This document shows, piece after piece, positions 50,683 through 64,000 of a DNA stretch of 64,000 nt (within the stretch, counting starts at the first letter, position 1; each line of letters begins with the position of its first letter). Below the pieces are notes generated by a model. That model ran no database searches, was not told where the DNA came from, and saw only the letters and a program-made list of their open reading frames with translations. The stretch comes from Octopus vulgaris (Eukaryota): positions 58,466,001 through 58,530,000 of the forward strand of contig OX597827.1 in the NCBI GenBank assembly GCA_951406725.2, written 5' to 3'. A program made the translations under genes and the position numbers.

Positions 50683-51570
50683 TACGTGGTCTGATCAATA
50701 AGTATCCAGTCTGTTGCCATAGTAACGAAGCTAAAGCATGCAGAGGGAAGCCGCTTGGTACAGATTGACCTTGAACTCTGCTGTTCATCTGCACTAAGTT
50801 TTAACATTCTAGCTCACTTCTGCTATTTACAGCAGTGCTTGGAAGGAAGGTGTGTATAGTGTGTGATTGTTGCATTAACCATAAGAGTTGAGCAGAGAAT
50901 CTGCATCAAATTTTGCCAAAAGCTTGACGATACCTGTTCAGAGGCCTATGCAGAGTTTTCAAAAAATTTTCCTCGTTCTCAACACAATGAAGGAGATCTT
51001 GAACAACTGAAACCCGAGTGACTTCTTGGCCAGCTTAAAGCAGTTTTGCTACAAACTTGGCAGACACACATCTCATGCCCAAATCTTCAGTGATAATGGA
51101 CTGAACTGAACTGAACTGAACTGTAACTAATGTGCATGTCCTCTGATAACTCACAGATGTTGATTTGATGATTTCCCCTCACAGCTGCACACACATCTGT
51201 GATGTTTTACTCAGTTCCGCTGGTTGCAGGTCTCCCAGAACGTTCATCAGTATCGACATTTTTCGGCCATCTTGGTAACAACTGAAACACTCGTACACTT
51301 GCGTGTGGCTCATACATTCCTCTCCATACATCTTCTGCAACTTTGCGTAGGCCTCTGATTAAGTATCGCCATGACAACTTTCTCTGTCATGGTCAATGCG
51401 ATGATCACACACTACACATCTTCCTACCAAGCACTGCTGTAAACAGCGAATGTGAGCTAGAATGTTAAAACTTTGTGTGCATGCACAGCAGAGTTCAAGC
51501 TCAATTTCTGCCAAGTGGTTTCATTCTGTGTACTTTAGCTTTGTTACTATGGCAACAGTCCGGTTACTTA
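50683..51570. mobile_element. Fold-back mariner-derived element with long inverted arms
   Basis: TA-CGTGGTCTGATCAATAAGTATCC mariner-like terminus. The left arm encodes VEQRICIKFCQKL. The minus strand of the right part encodes decayed EAYAKLQKMYGEECMSHTQVYE..DERSGRP..SIITEDLGMRCVSAKFVAKLL. About 50698-50955 is inverted to about 51338-51570. Confidence 0.85.
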
Positions 51571-51686
51571 CTACCAACATAAAAATAGTCATCTTATGCT
51601 TCAACCTGTGTAGTATAATGTAAACTAGTAGCAGCTGTAGTTATATATTATTTTTTATCTACAAAAATAGTTGAGGGCTTTTAAAT

Positions 51687-52526
51687 GTCCCAGAATTAGC
51701 TATCTATTTCAGTGAAATTGGTCAAATTAAAAAAAAACAAAAAAACTGACCAAATTTTATGTTTATTACTTATGATACCAAAACGGATAGATTTATAAAT
51801 CTTATGTCAAAACTTTATTGAAAATTTTCAACATGTGCTGTCTGCCTGCATCCCTGCAATTTTCAAATCTGCCCTTAGCGTTGTGAAACACATTTTGAAG
51901 CATTTGAGGAATAATCTCTTGCATTGCTAACTAAATGCATTCTTTATGTTCAGCTAAACTATTGCTCCATCATGGGGATGAAGGTATAGAAAATGGTTGC
52001 AGCCAAATTGGAAAAACAAACAAAACCACCATGGAATAGATAAGCGGGAGCCAATAGGACTGAAAATAAAATCATTAAAATAAAAAAGAATAAAATTAAA
52101 AATTCTAACACATGTTACCCTTTTACTTGTTTCAGTCATTTGACTGTGGCCATGCTACAGCATCCCTTTTGGTCAAGCAAATCGACCCCAGGACTTATTC
52201 TTTGTAAGCCTAGTACTTATTCTATCGGTCTCTTGCTGAACTGCTAAGTTACGGGGATGTAAACACACCAGCATCGGTTGTCAAGCGATGTTGGACAAAC
52301 ACACACACATATATACATATGACGGGCTTCTTTCAGTTTCCGTCAACCAAGTCCACTCACAAGGCTTTGATTGGCCTGAGGTTATAGTAGAAGACACTTG
52401 CTCAAGGTGCCATGCAATGGGACTGAACCCGGAACCATGTGGTTGGTAAACATGATAAACATAAATGAAATTGAGTTTTTTAAAATATTGACTGATTTCA
52501 CTGAAATAGATAGTTCATTCTGGGAC
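51687..52526. mobile_element. MITE with about 70-bp imperfect terminal inverted repeats, interrupted by a family C SINE
   Basis: GTCCCAGAATTAGCTATCTATTTCAGTGAAAT at 51687 versus ATTTCACTGAAATAGATAGTTCATTCTGGGAC ending 52526. Confidence 0.7.
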
Positions 52527-54185
52527 CCTTGGTAATTTCAGGGTAGAAATTTAAAATGTTCTTGGTGATTTGGGGTTCAAATATTTTTCTTATTTGCAGC
52601 CCTATTTGCTCCTATGCCAGTTTATCTCTTACATACTAGAGTCTTTGTGTATAAAATAATTTTTTTGTATTCTTTTCTCAAGGATATTTGATGTATAATT
52701 GTAGTGAAATAGTGCCAATTCTCTGTGTAGAAATAACCAAATTCTATTTGAGCCTGTGAGGCAGCAGCTTCCAAATTTGCTTGATACTCTAAAAATAATA
52801 GCTATATTTCTTTTCGAATCAGAGAATGCTTCTATTTTAAAGCCCCTCATTAATGATGTCTGTTATGGTTAGCTCTGAGATGATTGTAGTTCTTATAACT
52901 ATTAAGACAAGAAGTAAAATGATTGATGTGTTGAGATAATAGCTGGATGTGTTTTTTTAATGAAAATACCTAAACCATAACAATACTAATGATTTTATAA
53001 TCTTTCATATATGTTGTGTTTTCAGTTCAAGAGAAACTTAACATTGTCTTTTAGTTCCTGCTGTTGAGTTATTGCTAAATTTGCATGTGTTCTTATTACT
53101 TACATTGTTCAATGTAGTGATTAGTGGAAGATGAAGAAATCAATAACAAATGTGCTTGGATGTATTGATTGGCATTGGTTGTTATTGTTATGATTTACTG
53201 TAGTTAAAACAGTAGAGTTTTTTAAAGTTGTGTTGCATTGCATTCTGGGTTGAAATCCTGTCGGGGGTCTAAATTTACCTTTTTATCTCTTGTTTAATCT
53301 ATGGTTGCTAATATCATCTAAAATGTAGACCAAGCAAACAGAGCAATAAACTGGATGAGTGGTTTTCGACAAAGGTTCATTGACTTCATAAATGTCTATG
53401 CATTAGAAGAACCACACCCTGAAGTGATTCACTCAAATGGATCTAGTGTCTTTTATCTTGTTTCAATCACTGGACTGCAGCAATGCTAGGGCGCTACCTG
53501 GAAGGGTTTAGTTGAACAATTTGGCCCCAGTTTTTATTTTTAACCCCAATTCTTATTCTATCGGTTTCTTATGCCAAACTGCTAAGTTATGGGGATGTAA
53601 ACAAACTAACACCAGTTGTCATGCAATGGTGATATGATGCACGCACATTCACACACATCTATCCATCCATCTACAAAATCCATTTGCAAGGCTTTGGTAA
53701 GCCTGGAGCTATAATAGAAGACACTTGGCTAAGTTGTTGCCCAGCAGGACTGAACCCAAGTCCATGTGATTGGGAAGCAAGCTTCTTAATCACGCAACCG
53801 TGCCCATGCCAGATAGTGAGTTTTCTAGCTTAAACATTTGTGATTCATTTTTACTGTTGGCATTTCATTGTATATTTAGTCACGTCTCAATTTATCCAGC
53901 TGTTGGAAGTAGATATCAGATCATCTGGAAATGCAGCATAAGATAGGCCAGCATTGTTACCTAAGGGAAGATCGACCTTTCAGTTGCTTCAGGCAAGATA
54001 AAGAAGAGAAAAAATAGGGGAGAGGAGGGGGTTAATATCTTGTCTCTGGAAGTCCTCTGGGGCTTATGAGGTGTTCCTCTTTCAGAGAATGTAAAAACTA
54101 GGTTGTTACCCAATGCATAAATTTGCATTCATTTTCTGTAACCACTGTTGGTTTTGTTCTTAACTGTAATATCGATTATCTAAAC

Positions 54186-54451
54186 CAGTGGTTCTCGGCC
54201 ACTTTTTATCTATGGACCCCTCTGATTGCAATTTTTATTCTGGTGGACCCCCTTATCCATTTGATGTTTAAAAACTAGTTTTATAGATCCTTCTTTCAAA
54301 ATTCTTAATTTGCTTTTCACACATTCACTTCTGTAAGCTGAACTATGTAAAACTTTTGAGAAAGAATTTACTGTTTTGCTTGTGTGTCCCCACCTCCCAG
54401 TCTTACATGGCTCCCTAGGGGGTCATATGGACTGCAGGTGAGAAGCAATGA
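54186..54451. mobile_element. hAT-like MITE
   Basis: CAGTGGTTCTC ... GAGAAGCAATG termini with internal ATGGACCCC/GGGTCATATGGAC motifs; related ends near 11020 and 13944. Confidence 0.5.
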
Positions 54452-56062
54452 TCTAAACTAAATACTATTCTCAAGTAACCAACTGATTAGTGCAGGAAAA
54501 AAAATGTATCCAGATAAATTAGAATTTTATTTTGAAACTTATTTAAAAAAAAAAATTTTGCAGGTAGTTTTTAAAAATCTATTTCTCCTTTTATTGGAAA
54601 TTTGATTCTGTTTTAGTATTTATTTCTTCATGTGCTGTTTTATCAAACTTAACTGTTCAAAGAAACACACACACATGTATATTAGTGTGTGTGTGTGTTC
54701 CCTCCCACAGTTGAGTTTGATAAGACACTACATGACCCTTTGAACCCCATTCCAGGCTCCTACATAGACAACATCTATAAGACGAGACTTTAAGATAAAA
54801 TTTTTGAACATGTTCTTAACTATGCACAAAATATGAGAACAGACTGTTTTTAATTTCTAATTTTTTCTTATTTCCTAATTTTTGACTTTCAGTTTTAAAA
54901 ATTTGATAAGATGGACATACACATTGAAATCAGTAATAATTTATAAAAGTCACTTAATGTAACAAATATTTAAAAAAATTTAAAAAGCTTACTTTCATGC
55001 TGTTTCCACCTTTATTTTTTAACTATATATAAAGTGTGTGTGTGAAGGTGGCAGCACATAGTACTTCCAGCAGAGGTGGAATGTTGTGGGTTCATAATTT
55101 GATTCACTGTCCTGCTTGGCTGGTATTAGGCTTAGGGTAAATAGGGGAGCAGTGATTCAGGGACTTGAAATGAAAACAGAAAGTGCTTCATTGCAAATAA
55201 AGCAGAAGTATGTGAGAAAAACACTAGAGCCGAGAGTAAGGAATGAATCTGCAGTTTGTAGTAAAATATAATAGTTGCTACTTAGTTAGAAGTACACTCA
55301 GCTGACTGTGGTGCCTGCAAGGATAAACTGCAAGAAAAAGCATGTTATCTATGGGGGCCAAAGGAATTTGGAGATTCTGTGATGTTCAGCTCCACTGGAA
55401 GGAGCAATACTGTTGGTAGGTATCAAAATCATTGAGATCTTGTGTCGAAAGCTGATGTAGGTTGAATCCCATTGTGCAAGCTATGTATAATAAGATATTA
55501 TGTATGTGTGTGTATGTATAAACTGATTTAGAGAGCTATAGTAATGTTGTTAGGGAAAGATTAAATGTAAATAGAGCAAAAATAATGCTTGAATTTTTAC
55601 CTCAAAACACTTGAATGATCCTTATATTTCACTGAAATATAGGAATTATTAGATACTTTTTAGGTAAAAGGTTTTTCTTTTGTTTATATTTAATCTTCTC
55701 CTGATTACATTTCTCTGGGTTTTTAAATTCCTGTTTTTTTTTTCATGTTTCACATTGTTTCAAACAAAGAATATAGTATGACTTTATCATTAGTTACAAT
55801 TGCTTCTGTACCACTCCATTTCTAACCCCATTGTATGTAAAGGGTTTCATATGAAAACTTATGTAATATGTGTGACTGAAGTGGCACTTCATTAGACTAG
55901 CATTAAGTCCAGTGTTTTTTAGCACACTGTAAAAAAGGTATGACTTAATGCTAATCTTATGAAGTAACACCTCAGTATAAGCAGTTGTACTGTATAGCAT
56001 AACTTTTCCACATAGCATCATTTACATGCAGTAAGGTGGTACAGAAACAATTGCAGCTAATT

Positions 56063-56529
56063 GCGGTGAGCTGGCAGAAACGTTAGTGCGCCGGGCGAAA
56101 TGCTTAGCAGTATTTTGTCTGCCGTTACGTTCTGAGTTCAAATTCCGCCGAGGTCGACTTTGCCTTTCATCCTTTCGGGGGTCGATAAATAAAGTACCAG
56201 TTATGCACTGGGGTTGATGTAATTGACTTAATCCCTTTGTCTGTCCTTGTTTGTCCCCTCTGTGTTTAGCCCCTTGTGGGCAATAAAGAAATATGTAAGA
56301 AGGCGGCGACCTGGCAGAATGGTTAGCACGCCAGGCGAAATGCTTACCAGTATTTCATCTGCCGCTACGTTCTGAGTTCAAATTCCGCTGAGGTCGACTT
56401 TGCCCTTCATCCTTTCGGGGTCGATGAAATAAGTACCAATTACGCAGTGGGGTCGATATAATCGACTTAATCCGTTTGTCCTTGTTTGTCTTCTCTGTGT
56501 TTAGCCCCTTGTGGGTAGTAAAGAAATAT
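56063..56529 (+). mobile_element. Head-to-tail pair of well-preserved family A SINEs
   Basis: Two full copies at about 56063-56293 and 56301-56529, both retaining CpGs. Confidence 0.9.
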
Positions 56530-57054
56530 AGTTGTGCTACATTCATTGTTTGTCTTCTTACTTGTGTTTTATCTTACTTTGTAAGAATTACTGTTTTTAT
56601 CAGTGATGTACCTGGAATTTTTGCACCAATAGATTTTCAAGTTTTCTCAGAATTGCATTATGAGAGACTGAGGAATTTGGGTTGGGTGCTGTGTTGGAAA
56701 TACACTGATTCTCTACCTGTTTGGAATGTACATTGTGTGTGTGTGTGTGTGTATAAACTTTTTTCTTCAAAACTTGAATTGTGTACCACTAACAATCTTG
56801 AGTTAGAAGAAAAAGAAATTCACTTTAAATAATATACTCTACATATATTGAGTATTGTTTTTCTCTTTTGTTGATAAACTAAAACATTTGAAGATGTGTG
56901 TATATTGTGTGTGAGTGTATGCACACACATACACGTATATACATATATACATGTGTGTGCTGAATGGTTAGGAATTGAATTGGAAGTAAAGTCATCTGAC
57001 AGGATGTGTGATTGACTGTTTAACTCTTTCTTAAATTCTTCTTTTCCTTACAAG

Positions 57055-57072
57055 ATTCGTCTTGCAAGTCAG
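57055..57072 (+). CDS. DCTN1: Probable 18-nt DCTN1 microexon (IRLASQ)
   Basis: Long pyrimidine tract, then ttacaag|ATTCGTCTTGCAAGTCAG|gtgaga. Phase 0-0 matches the preceding exon, and the peptide plausibly continues VRQSQ. Confidence 0.6.
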
Positions 57073-59515
57073 GTGAGAAACACTTTTAATGGTTCACTTT
57101 ACTTCTTTCTCATGTATCCCAGAACTTTCTCCTCTTTTCTTATTCTGGGGGAAGGTAGTGTAGTGAGGTGGGGATATCTCTAAAACATTTAAATATATAT
57201 ACATATCTATTAGCATATGCAAGTTTTTCTATATTTCTTACTCTCTCTCTCACTCTCATATCCTTTCCATAGCAACCAAATTTTGCATTGCTCTGTACTA
57301 TCTTTGTTGATGATGACAATTGAAGAACATTTAATTTACTAAAATAGTCATTACAATAACTAACTTAGTTTCTGTTTTCCATATTAATTTGCAAATTGTC
57401 AGCCCTTCCCTCTCTCTGTCTCTCCCCCTCTCTCTCTCTCCCTTCTCATTTTCTGTGGCTGTTGCTAAATATTGGCCTCACCTCATGTCTTATCGATGAT
57501 GTATGCAATGAGAAACTATCCTAAATCTCATTGGATTATCCTATCCAGCTTCTCAGCTATTGGTCTCCACTTAAAGTAGCATGTCAACCAGCTTGCCTTA
57601 ATGCATTTTAATCCCCTCCACCTCTATCTACAATTGCCGCAGCCAAAATATCCCTGTTTCTTTCAGCTCTTGTCTCTCCACTGACTCTGATGCCTTCTTG
57701 TTTTACCTTTTGAAGATGATGAAAGTTAACATTCAGCCCGTTTTGTCAACCTCTTAATCTTTGTTAAACAGCAGCAATCTTTTCCTTGAGTATTCATGTT
57801 TATCAAATGAACATATATTCTTTGATTGTCTTTTTATAACACACTACTACATATATTTCTTTTGTATTGAGATTGAAATCAGAACTTTTTCTTTTTTTTT
57901 CACATTTTCTTTTCTTAGCCTGACAGGGATTGCTCAAACTGTGATCTTTGCCAGACCCTTCTCAAGTTGGAAACTTTATTACAACTTGCAGAGTTCATAA
58001 CCATTTTGTATTGCTGTTCCTATGTCTATTCAAGGCCTATTCTATTTGTCAGTTTTGGTCATACATGTGTTAATTTTAGTTAAAGACTGCCTTGACGTAA
58101 CCATTTTGGGTTAGTTAGTATTCTTATGTTCTGATACCAGGTAATTTTTTTTCAGCTTCCACAAGTATTCCTTGCCTGTAATAAGAGATGATTCCCATTC
58201 TGGCATGACCATTCATTTATATCTTTTGTTACTGTCATTAACTCATCTAGTTGATCCAACAAGCTTCAATGCAATGTTCCACTTGCTAGAAATATAGCTA
58301 AATCTCTTTCAAATCACTTCCTGTCATCTACAAAATATAATGATCCCGTCTTGAAAGAAAACACGAGATAATCTTGGTTGGAATATCTTTTCTTATTGGT
58401 CAGCACAATTAAGGCTTGAGTTGGATTAAGTACTATTACATACAATTAAGCAAGCCAATCAGCAAGTCCTTATTTAGAAATTGACCTACTTGAAATAACA
58501 CTTAAATCTCCTATGAATTACAACTTAATGTCTTGTCAAAAAATATGAGTCCTACATATACTGACTAAAAGGTAGGCTGGTCACTGCTTTTGATCATAAG
58601 TGCTTGATCAGGGTTAACCTGGAGCTGAACCTCACCATTGCTATATATTTAGAGTTTCTTATTTGTATAAATATAGGTGTACTGGGTGCTTTTTTTTTCA
58701 TGACACCAGCACTAATGATGATAACCCTGTAAATTAAGGCTTTAGCCTTGAAACTTACAAGATGACGATTATAAGTGCTGGTGTCATGGAAAAACTAAAC
58801 ACCCAGCACACATAAAGTGGCTGTCATTAGGAAGGACATCCAGCTTTAGCAACCATGCTAGTGTAGATATTAGTGCAAGATGCAGTCCTTCAATTCATCA
58901 GACCCTGTCAAACTATTCAACTTGCCACCACATGGAGACCAGATGTTAAATGACAATGTTATGATGATGCTGTGTAACACCATTCATATTGTTGTGAATA
59001 CTTCACACCCAGATTTTCTTTTTTTTATGTCTTTCTGTTAATTTAAAATGTATCCATGATCATTTGATATTTGAATATTCCTGGAGCTAATTAATATATA
59101 TATTGAGCCAATCTCTAGTAAATCTGCATGATGTCATATCTAAATGTAGTATTCTTTGTTAGTTGTTCAATAATTCTTAAAGTGGAGAAAGAAAAAACAG
59201 ATCAAAAGAATCTGATATTGATTTACTTTCTCCATAGCCTTAAAATGAATAAGTTGAAATTTAGTAGTGTGTGTCTGAGATCATTATCATAATTTAGCAT
59301 CCATTTCCAATGCTGCCATGTGTTGAATAGTTTAACAGGAGCCAGAAAGCTGCACCAGGTTCCAATTGCCTGTTTTGGCATGGTTTCTATAGCTGGATGC
59401 CCTTCCTAATGCCAACCACTTTACAGAATGTACAGGGTGCTTTTTACATGACACCATTTCTGGTGCTTTTTATGTGGCAATAAAAGTAGCTCTAGAATAA
59501 AATCTTTGACATAAT

Positions 59516-59554
<39 letters not shown>

Positions 59555-61288
59555 GTTGAAAAGTCTGATTTTTACAATAATATACATACATAAAGTATGT
59601 CATCATCATCGTTTAATATCCACTTGCTAGCATGAGTTGGACGATTTGACTGAGGTCTGGCGAACCAGATGGCTGCACCAGACTCCAATCTGATCTGGCA
59701 GAGTTTCTACAGCTGGATGTCCTTCCTAACGCCAACCACTCTGAGAGTGTAGTGGGTGCTTTTACATGCCACCGGCATGAGGGCCAGTCAGGCAATACTG
59801 GCAATGGCCATGCTCAAATGGTGCTTTTTATGTGCCACCTGCATAGGAGCCAGTCCAGTGGCACTGGCAATGACCTCGCTTGAATGTTTCTTTTCACATG
59901 CCACCAGCACAAGTGCTAGTAAGGCGATGCAGGTAATGATCACACTTGAATGGTGCTTTTAACATGCCATCGGCACGGAGGCCAGCTCGTTGCTCTGGTA
60001 ATGATCTCACTTGTATGGTACTCTTAGCATTCCACTAGCAAGGATGCCAGTCATCGAATTTGATTTTGATTTCACTTGCCTCAGCAGGTCTTTGCAAAGC
60101 AGAGTTTGGTGTCCAATGAAGGAAAGGCACGCATAAGTGGACTGGTTACACCTCTGGCATAGGCCACAAGGTTATGGTCTCACTTGCACTTGCCGAGTCT
60201 TCTCAAGCACAGCATAAACTAATATAGATATATTTGTTCACTTTTATTCTAGTAATTCCATTATTAGTATGAGGGTGTGGTTTGATAGTATTGTTAGTAT
60301 TGAAAAAAATGTCTCATGGTATTTCTCTCAACTGTTATGCTGATATTGATCTAATCAACTATATACCAGCTCCCATTTTAGAACCTGTGCCTGTTTTACA
60401 AATTTTTTTTTTAGGAATTCTTTTATCAAATATCTGTATTTACATTTTTTATTTTATTGGTTTGCATCCCACTGCAGATGTTCTGTGTCATGCTCTCTGG
60501 GTATATTACTTAACCCTGCTTTCTTAATGATATACGTGAAATATTTAAAAATTATTTTTGGTATTTTGTCACATTTAAAACAAAAATATTTGCCCAGTAA
60601 TAACAGTGAAATATAGTAATTTTTGCTGAAATATTAGGAAAAATATTAATAATGTTTGGCTTAGCTCTATTTACTGTCTAATACATATATTTAGTGTAGG
60701 AACATCTATGCCAGTCGTGAACAAACTGCAACCCATGGGACTTGCTGAATGGCATGCCTAACAAAAAATTAGCTTGAATTTTTTTTTTTCAGTGGCACAA
60801 CTTGCCTGATAATGAATGAGCTATGTCTCATGTGACCTACTTCTCAAAAAAGGTTGTTCATGCTTGATCCATGCAACTACTAAACCTGCTTGAAATAATG
60901 ATCAAATCTCTCTCAAATCACATATTCCCCAGCTTTAAAAAAATGTTTTCCATAATTGGTCTGCATGATCAAAGCTACCGTGAGGGTCAACCAAAAAGTT
61001 TTGATATTTTTTTTTTTGACCTTTCATAGAAGTTATTCACATTCTTCATTATATCTTCCTCAAAAGGAGAAAAAGCAGCAGAGCTTTTAAGACTGGTAGG
61101 TGAAGTGGTGAAGATCTTGATATCTTCTGACTGTAGACCATATCTGAATGTTTCCACCAAAGTGGACAGGACTATGAACTTGTATTAAAGAAGGTGATAA
61201 AGACTGTCACGATTATTTTATTTCATTTTATTTATTTATTTCATCTAGTTTCAGCTCATGAGCTGTGGCCATGCTGGGGCACCACCAC

Positions 61289-61330
<42 letters not shown>

Positions 61331-62940
61331 GAAGGCAGTTAGCTGGCAAAACCATTAGCATGCTGGGCAACATGCTTAGCAGCATTTTGTCTGTCTTTAT
61401 GTTCTGAGTTCAAATTCCACTACAGTTGACTTTACCTTTCATCCTTTCGGGGTTGGTAGAATAAGTACCAGTTGAGCACTGGTGTCAATGTAATCGACTT
61501 ACCTCCCCACCGTACTTGCTGGCCTTGTGCCAAAATTTGAAATTATTATTATTTTGTTGTTGTTGTTAAAACTGTTTCTATAAAGAAGTGGTTACACACT
61601 ATGTGATCAATGTTTTCCCATATTCTCTGGTCCCTTTTTGAATATTCATCTAACGCCTCATGTACTTTGTCATAACCATTATTAACTTGGGCTACATTTG
61701 ACCCAGAGGTGGTCAATGACTGCCCTTTTGTTTTACAAGTCATTTCTGCTAGCTGTCCTATCATTTTTACCTGTTAGTTTTTTCTCCACTGTCACAATTT
61801 CTCTGCATTTTAGCGAATCAATGAAGGTATTTGTCTTTGAGATCATTGAGCCTGCTAGGGATAACAATCATATCTTCCTCAACTCACACCCATCATCTTG
61901 AAAGAGAGAGGGACACACTGAATTGATCTGGTCTTAGATCATTCCAAAAAAAAAAAAGGGTTGGGGTGGGGTAAAGATAAAAATGTTTAACCACAGATGG
62001 AATGCCTTTAATTAAGGCTCTGCTCAATCAGAGTTGACCTGGGACTAATTAGCTATTCTGCAGTTCAATATATCTATTAGAAATTAAAGCGGCAAGCAGG
62101 CAGAAGCATCAGCACACCGGGCAAAACGCTTAGCAACATTTTGTCCATCTTTATATTCTGAGTTCAAATTCTGCCAAGTTTGACTTTGCCTTTCATCCTT
62201 TTGGAGTCGATGAAATAAGTACCAGTTGAGTGCTGGGGTCGATGTAATTGACTTATCCTCTCCCTGAAATTGCTGGCTTTGTGCCAAAATTTGAAACCAG
62301 TATATTCATTATGATCCAGTTCAAAAGGGTAACAAGTATACCATCATTTATTCAAGGAGAACAACCATACTAAGTAGAACAAGAAAGTGTTTTTACTTTC
62401 TTTTAAAACCTTTCTGTGAACCTTCTTTAAATACCTGGTCAAGCAAATGATCAGACATTAGTCAATATTCTGTTACTGTCTTTGGAATTGTGGCTATGCT
62501 GGCGTACCATTTTCAAGGGCTTTAGTTGATTAAGCTTATTTGATTGCTTATTTGATTGATCTCTATTGATTGGCATATGCACCTAACATAAAGTAGCATA
62601 ACATAGTCTAAGTATCTGAAGGTTCTTTTGTTTGATGCAATGATTTAATCAGATGTTTCCTTACTGTTACATGCATATATATATTATGGGCTTCCATACA
62701 ATTTCTGTATTCCAAATTTCAGAAGGCTATTGCAGACATTTGCTCAAGGTGCTATGCAATAAGATTACACTTGGATCTACATGATTGTGATACACACTTC
62801 TTAATCATAGAGCCAGTGTTGTTTCATTCTTGGAAATTACCTGCTGTCAGCATGGAATTATTACCCAATTTATAAAGCCTCTGTCCCATTGTTACTTTAT
62901 ATTTTCTAACTGTAAACCTTTATGTTATTCAGTGGTTTAT

Positions 62941-63150
62941 ACCAAGGGGCGCTGAAAAGTTCCTGGCTTTGGGTAAATAACATACAAGATCAGTTAATTA
63001 TGATTTTATTTAACATATTCCCCTCTCAGATTCACACACTTATTGCAGCAGTCCTTCAGTTTTTCTAAGCCCTATGAAAGAACTTGTAAAGCTGGGCCTC
63101 CAACCAAGCCCTTCATGATACCCATGAAGCCAGGAGCTTTTCATACTTGA
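62941..63150. mobile_element. Mariner-like MITE (partial relative at about 14085-14201)
   Basis: TGAAAAGTTCCTGGCTT ... AAGCCAGGAGCTTTTCA inverted ends; the body is shared with the 14.1 kb copy. Confidence 0.7.
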
Positions 63151-64000
63151 GATGGACTGCTGTTAATGTTTTTTTTTTTCTTGTCAGCATCCATTTTACA
63201 CTATATGTACTATGGATAGAAATCATTTATGTCTTTAGTTCTTAGTTTTTAGTTCATACCGTTATTGATCTTATCAGTTACTTAAATCGTGTTTGTTTTT
63301 GCAAACCATATGTTGCCATATATCACACATATTCATATTAGTCTATTGTCAAAAGTATTATCTTACATGTACACAAATATGCCATACTTGTTTTTCTTGT
63401 CACATTTAATATAATATATAACCAATCAGAGGCACAGTGGTTGAATTAAGATACTGAACTGCTTTCTGACTCCCATTGTTGTGAGTTCAAATTTTGCTTA
63501 CAGCCATTGCCTTGTTTTCCCTTGGCAAAAGCACATGCTCTTGCTTGCTTCAGTCTGTTTGGACGGTAATAGCTTTCACTGCTATTTCATTACCCAGTAT
63601 TTAATGGTAGGAAGGGCATCCATCTGTAAAATTAATTACTCTGATAATAACTATAATTACATGCAAAATGTTGAAGTTTGCTCAACTTGATACCCAGTAA
63701 GTTATAGAAAAACTTGTATCAATGTATTCTGAAGATTTATGAAGTTATTGTTTCTTAGTATCTTTCCAAACATCATGCGATGAATAATAGCTACAAAAGC
63801 TAGATGTAAATTTGGCTTCATTACAAGAATTTCATAAATTTGTGTGTCCATAATTTTGGTTCAAGCCCATGTTCATTGTTGACTGTTCAATTTGCTTTGG
63901 CAAATGTTATTTGCTATTTAAACTTGCTAAAGCATGATTGTCGAAGGCTTTGAGTATATAAATACTTGTGTTGTTCCACTTTCTTTAAACCTACATAACA

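Noticed and set aside
51954-51983. Possible 30-nt DCTN1 exon (cag|LNYCSIMGMK|gtatag)
   Set aside because: It lies inside a MITE, has a weak donor, and the peptide does not resemble p150Glued.

Overview
AT-rich, repeat-dense animal genomic DNA. The SINE/LINE content suggests an octopus (coleoid cephalopod); this assignment is inference. Two intron-rich genes lie head-to-head across a gap of under 250 bp near 37.5-37.75 kb. On the minus strand is VPS51 (GARP/EARP subunit): I traced 19 phase-consistent GT-AG coding exons from 37504 down to 3552, encoding 774 codons. Its short terminal exon was not found and probably lies left of the window. On the plus strand is the 5' end of DCTN1 (dynactin p150Glued), with CAP-Gly exons at 42938-43051 and 50295-50410 and a probable 18-nt microexon at 57055-57072. 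The introns hold three tRNA-type SINE families, RTE, CR1 and R4/Dong LINE remnants, and mariner, piggyBac-like, hAT-like and Helitron-like non-autonomous elements. The best leads are: (1) a candidate alternative first coding exon of DCTN1 (38032-38239) that splices in frame and would add a 75-aa basic Ser/Pro-rich extension with an SxIP motif ahead of the CAP-Gly domain; (2) five unrelated minimal type I hammerhead-ribozyme-like motifs, each with a different palindromic helix III, one with a compensated G3:C8 core; (3) several intronic fold-back structures next to exons. All calls come from reading the sequence by eye; no searches or folding programs were run.
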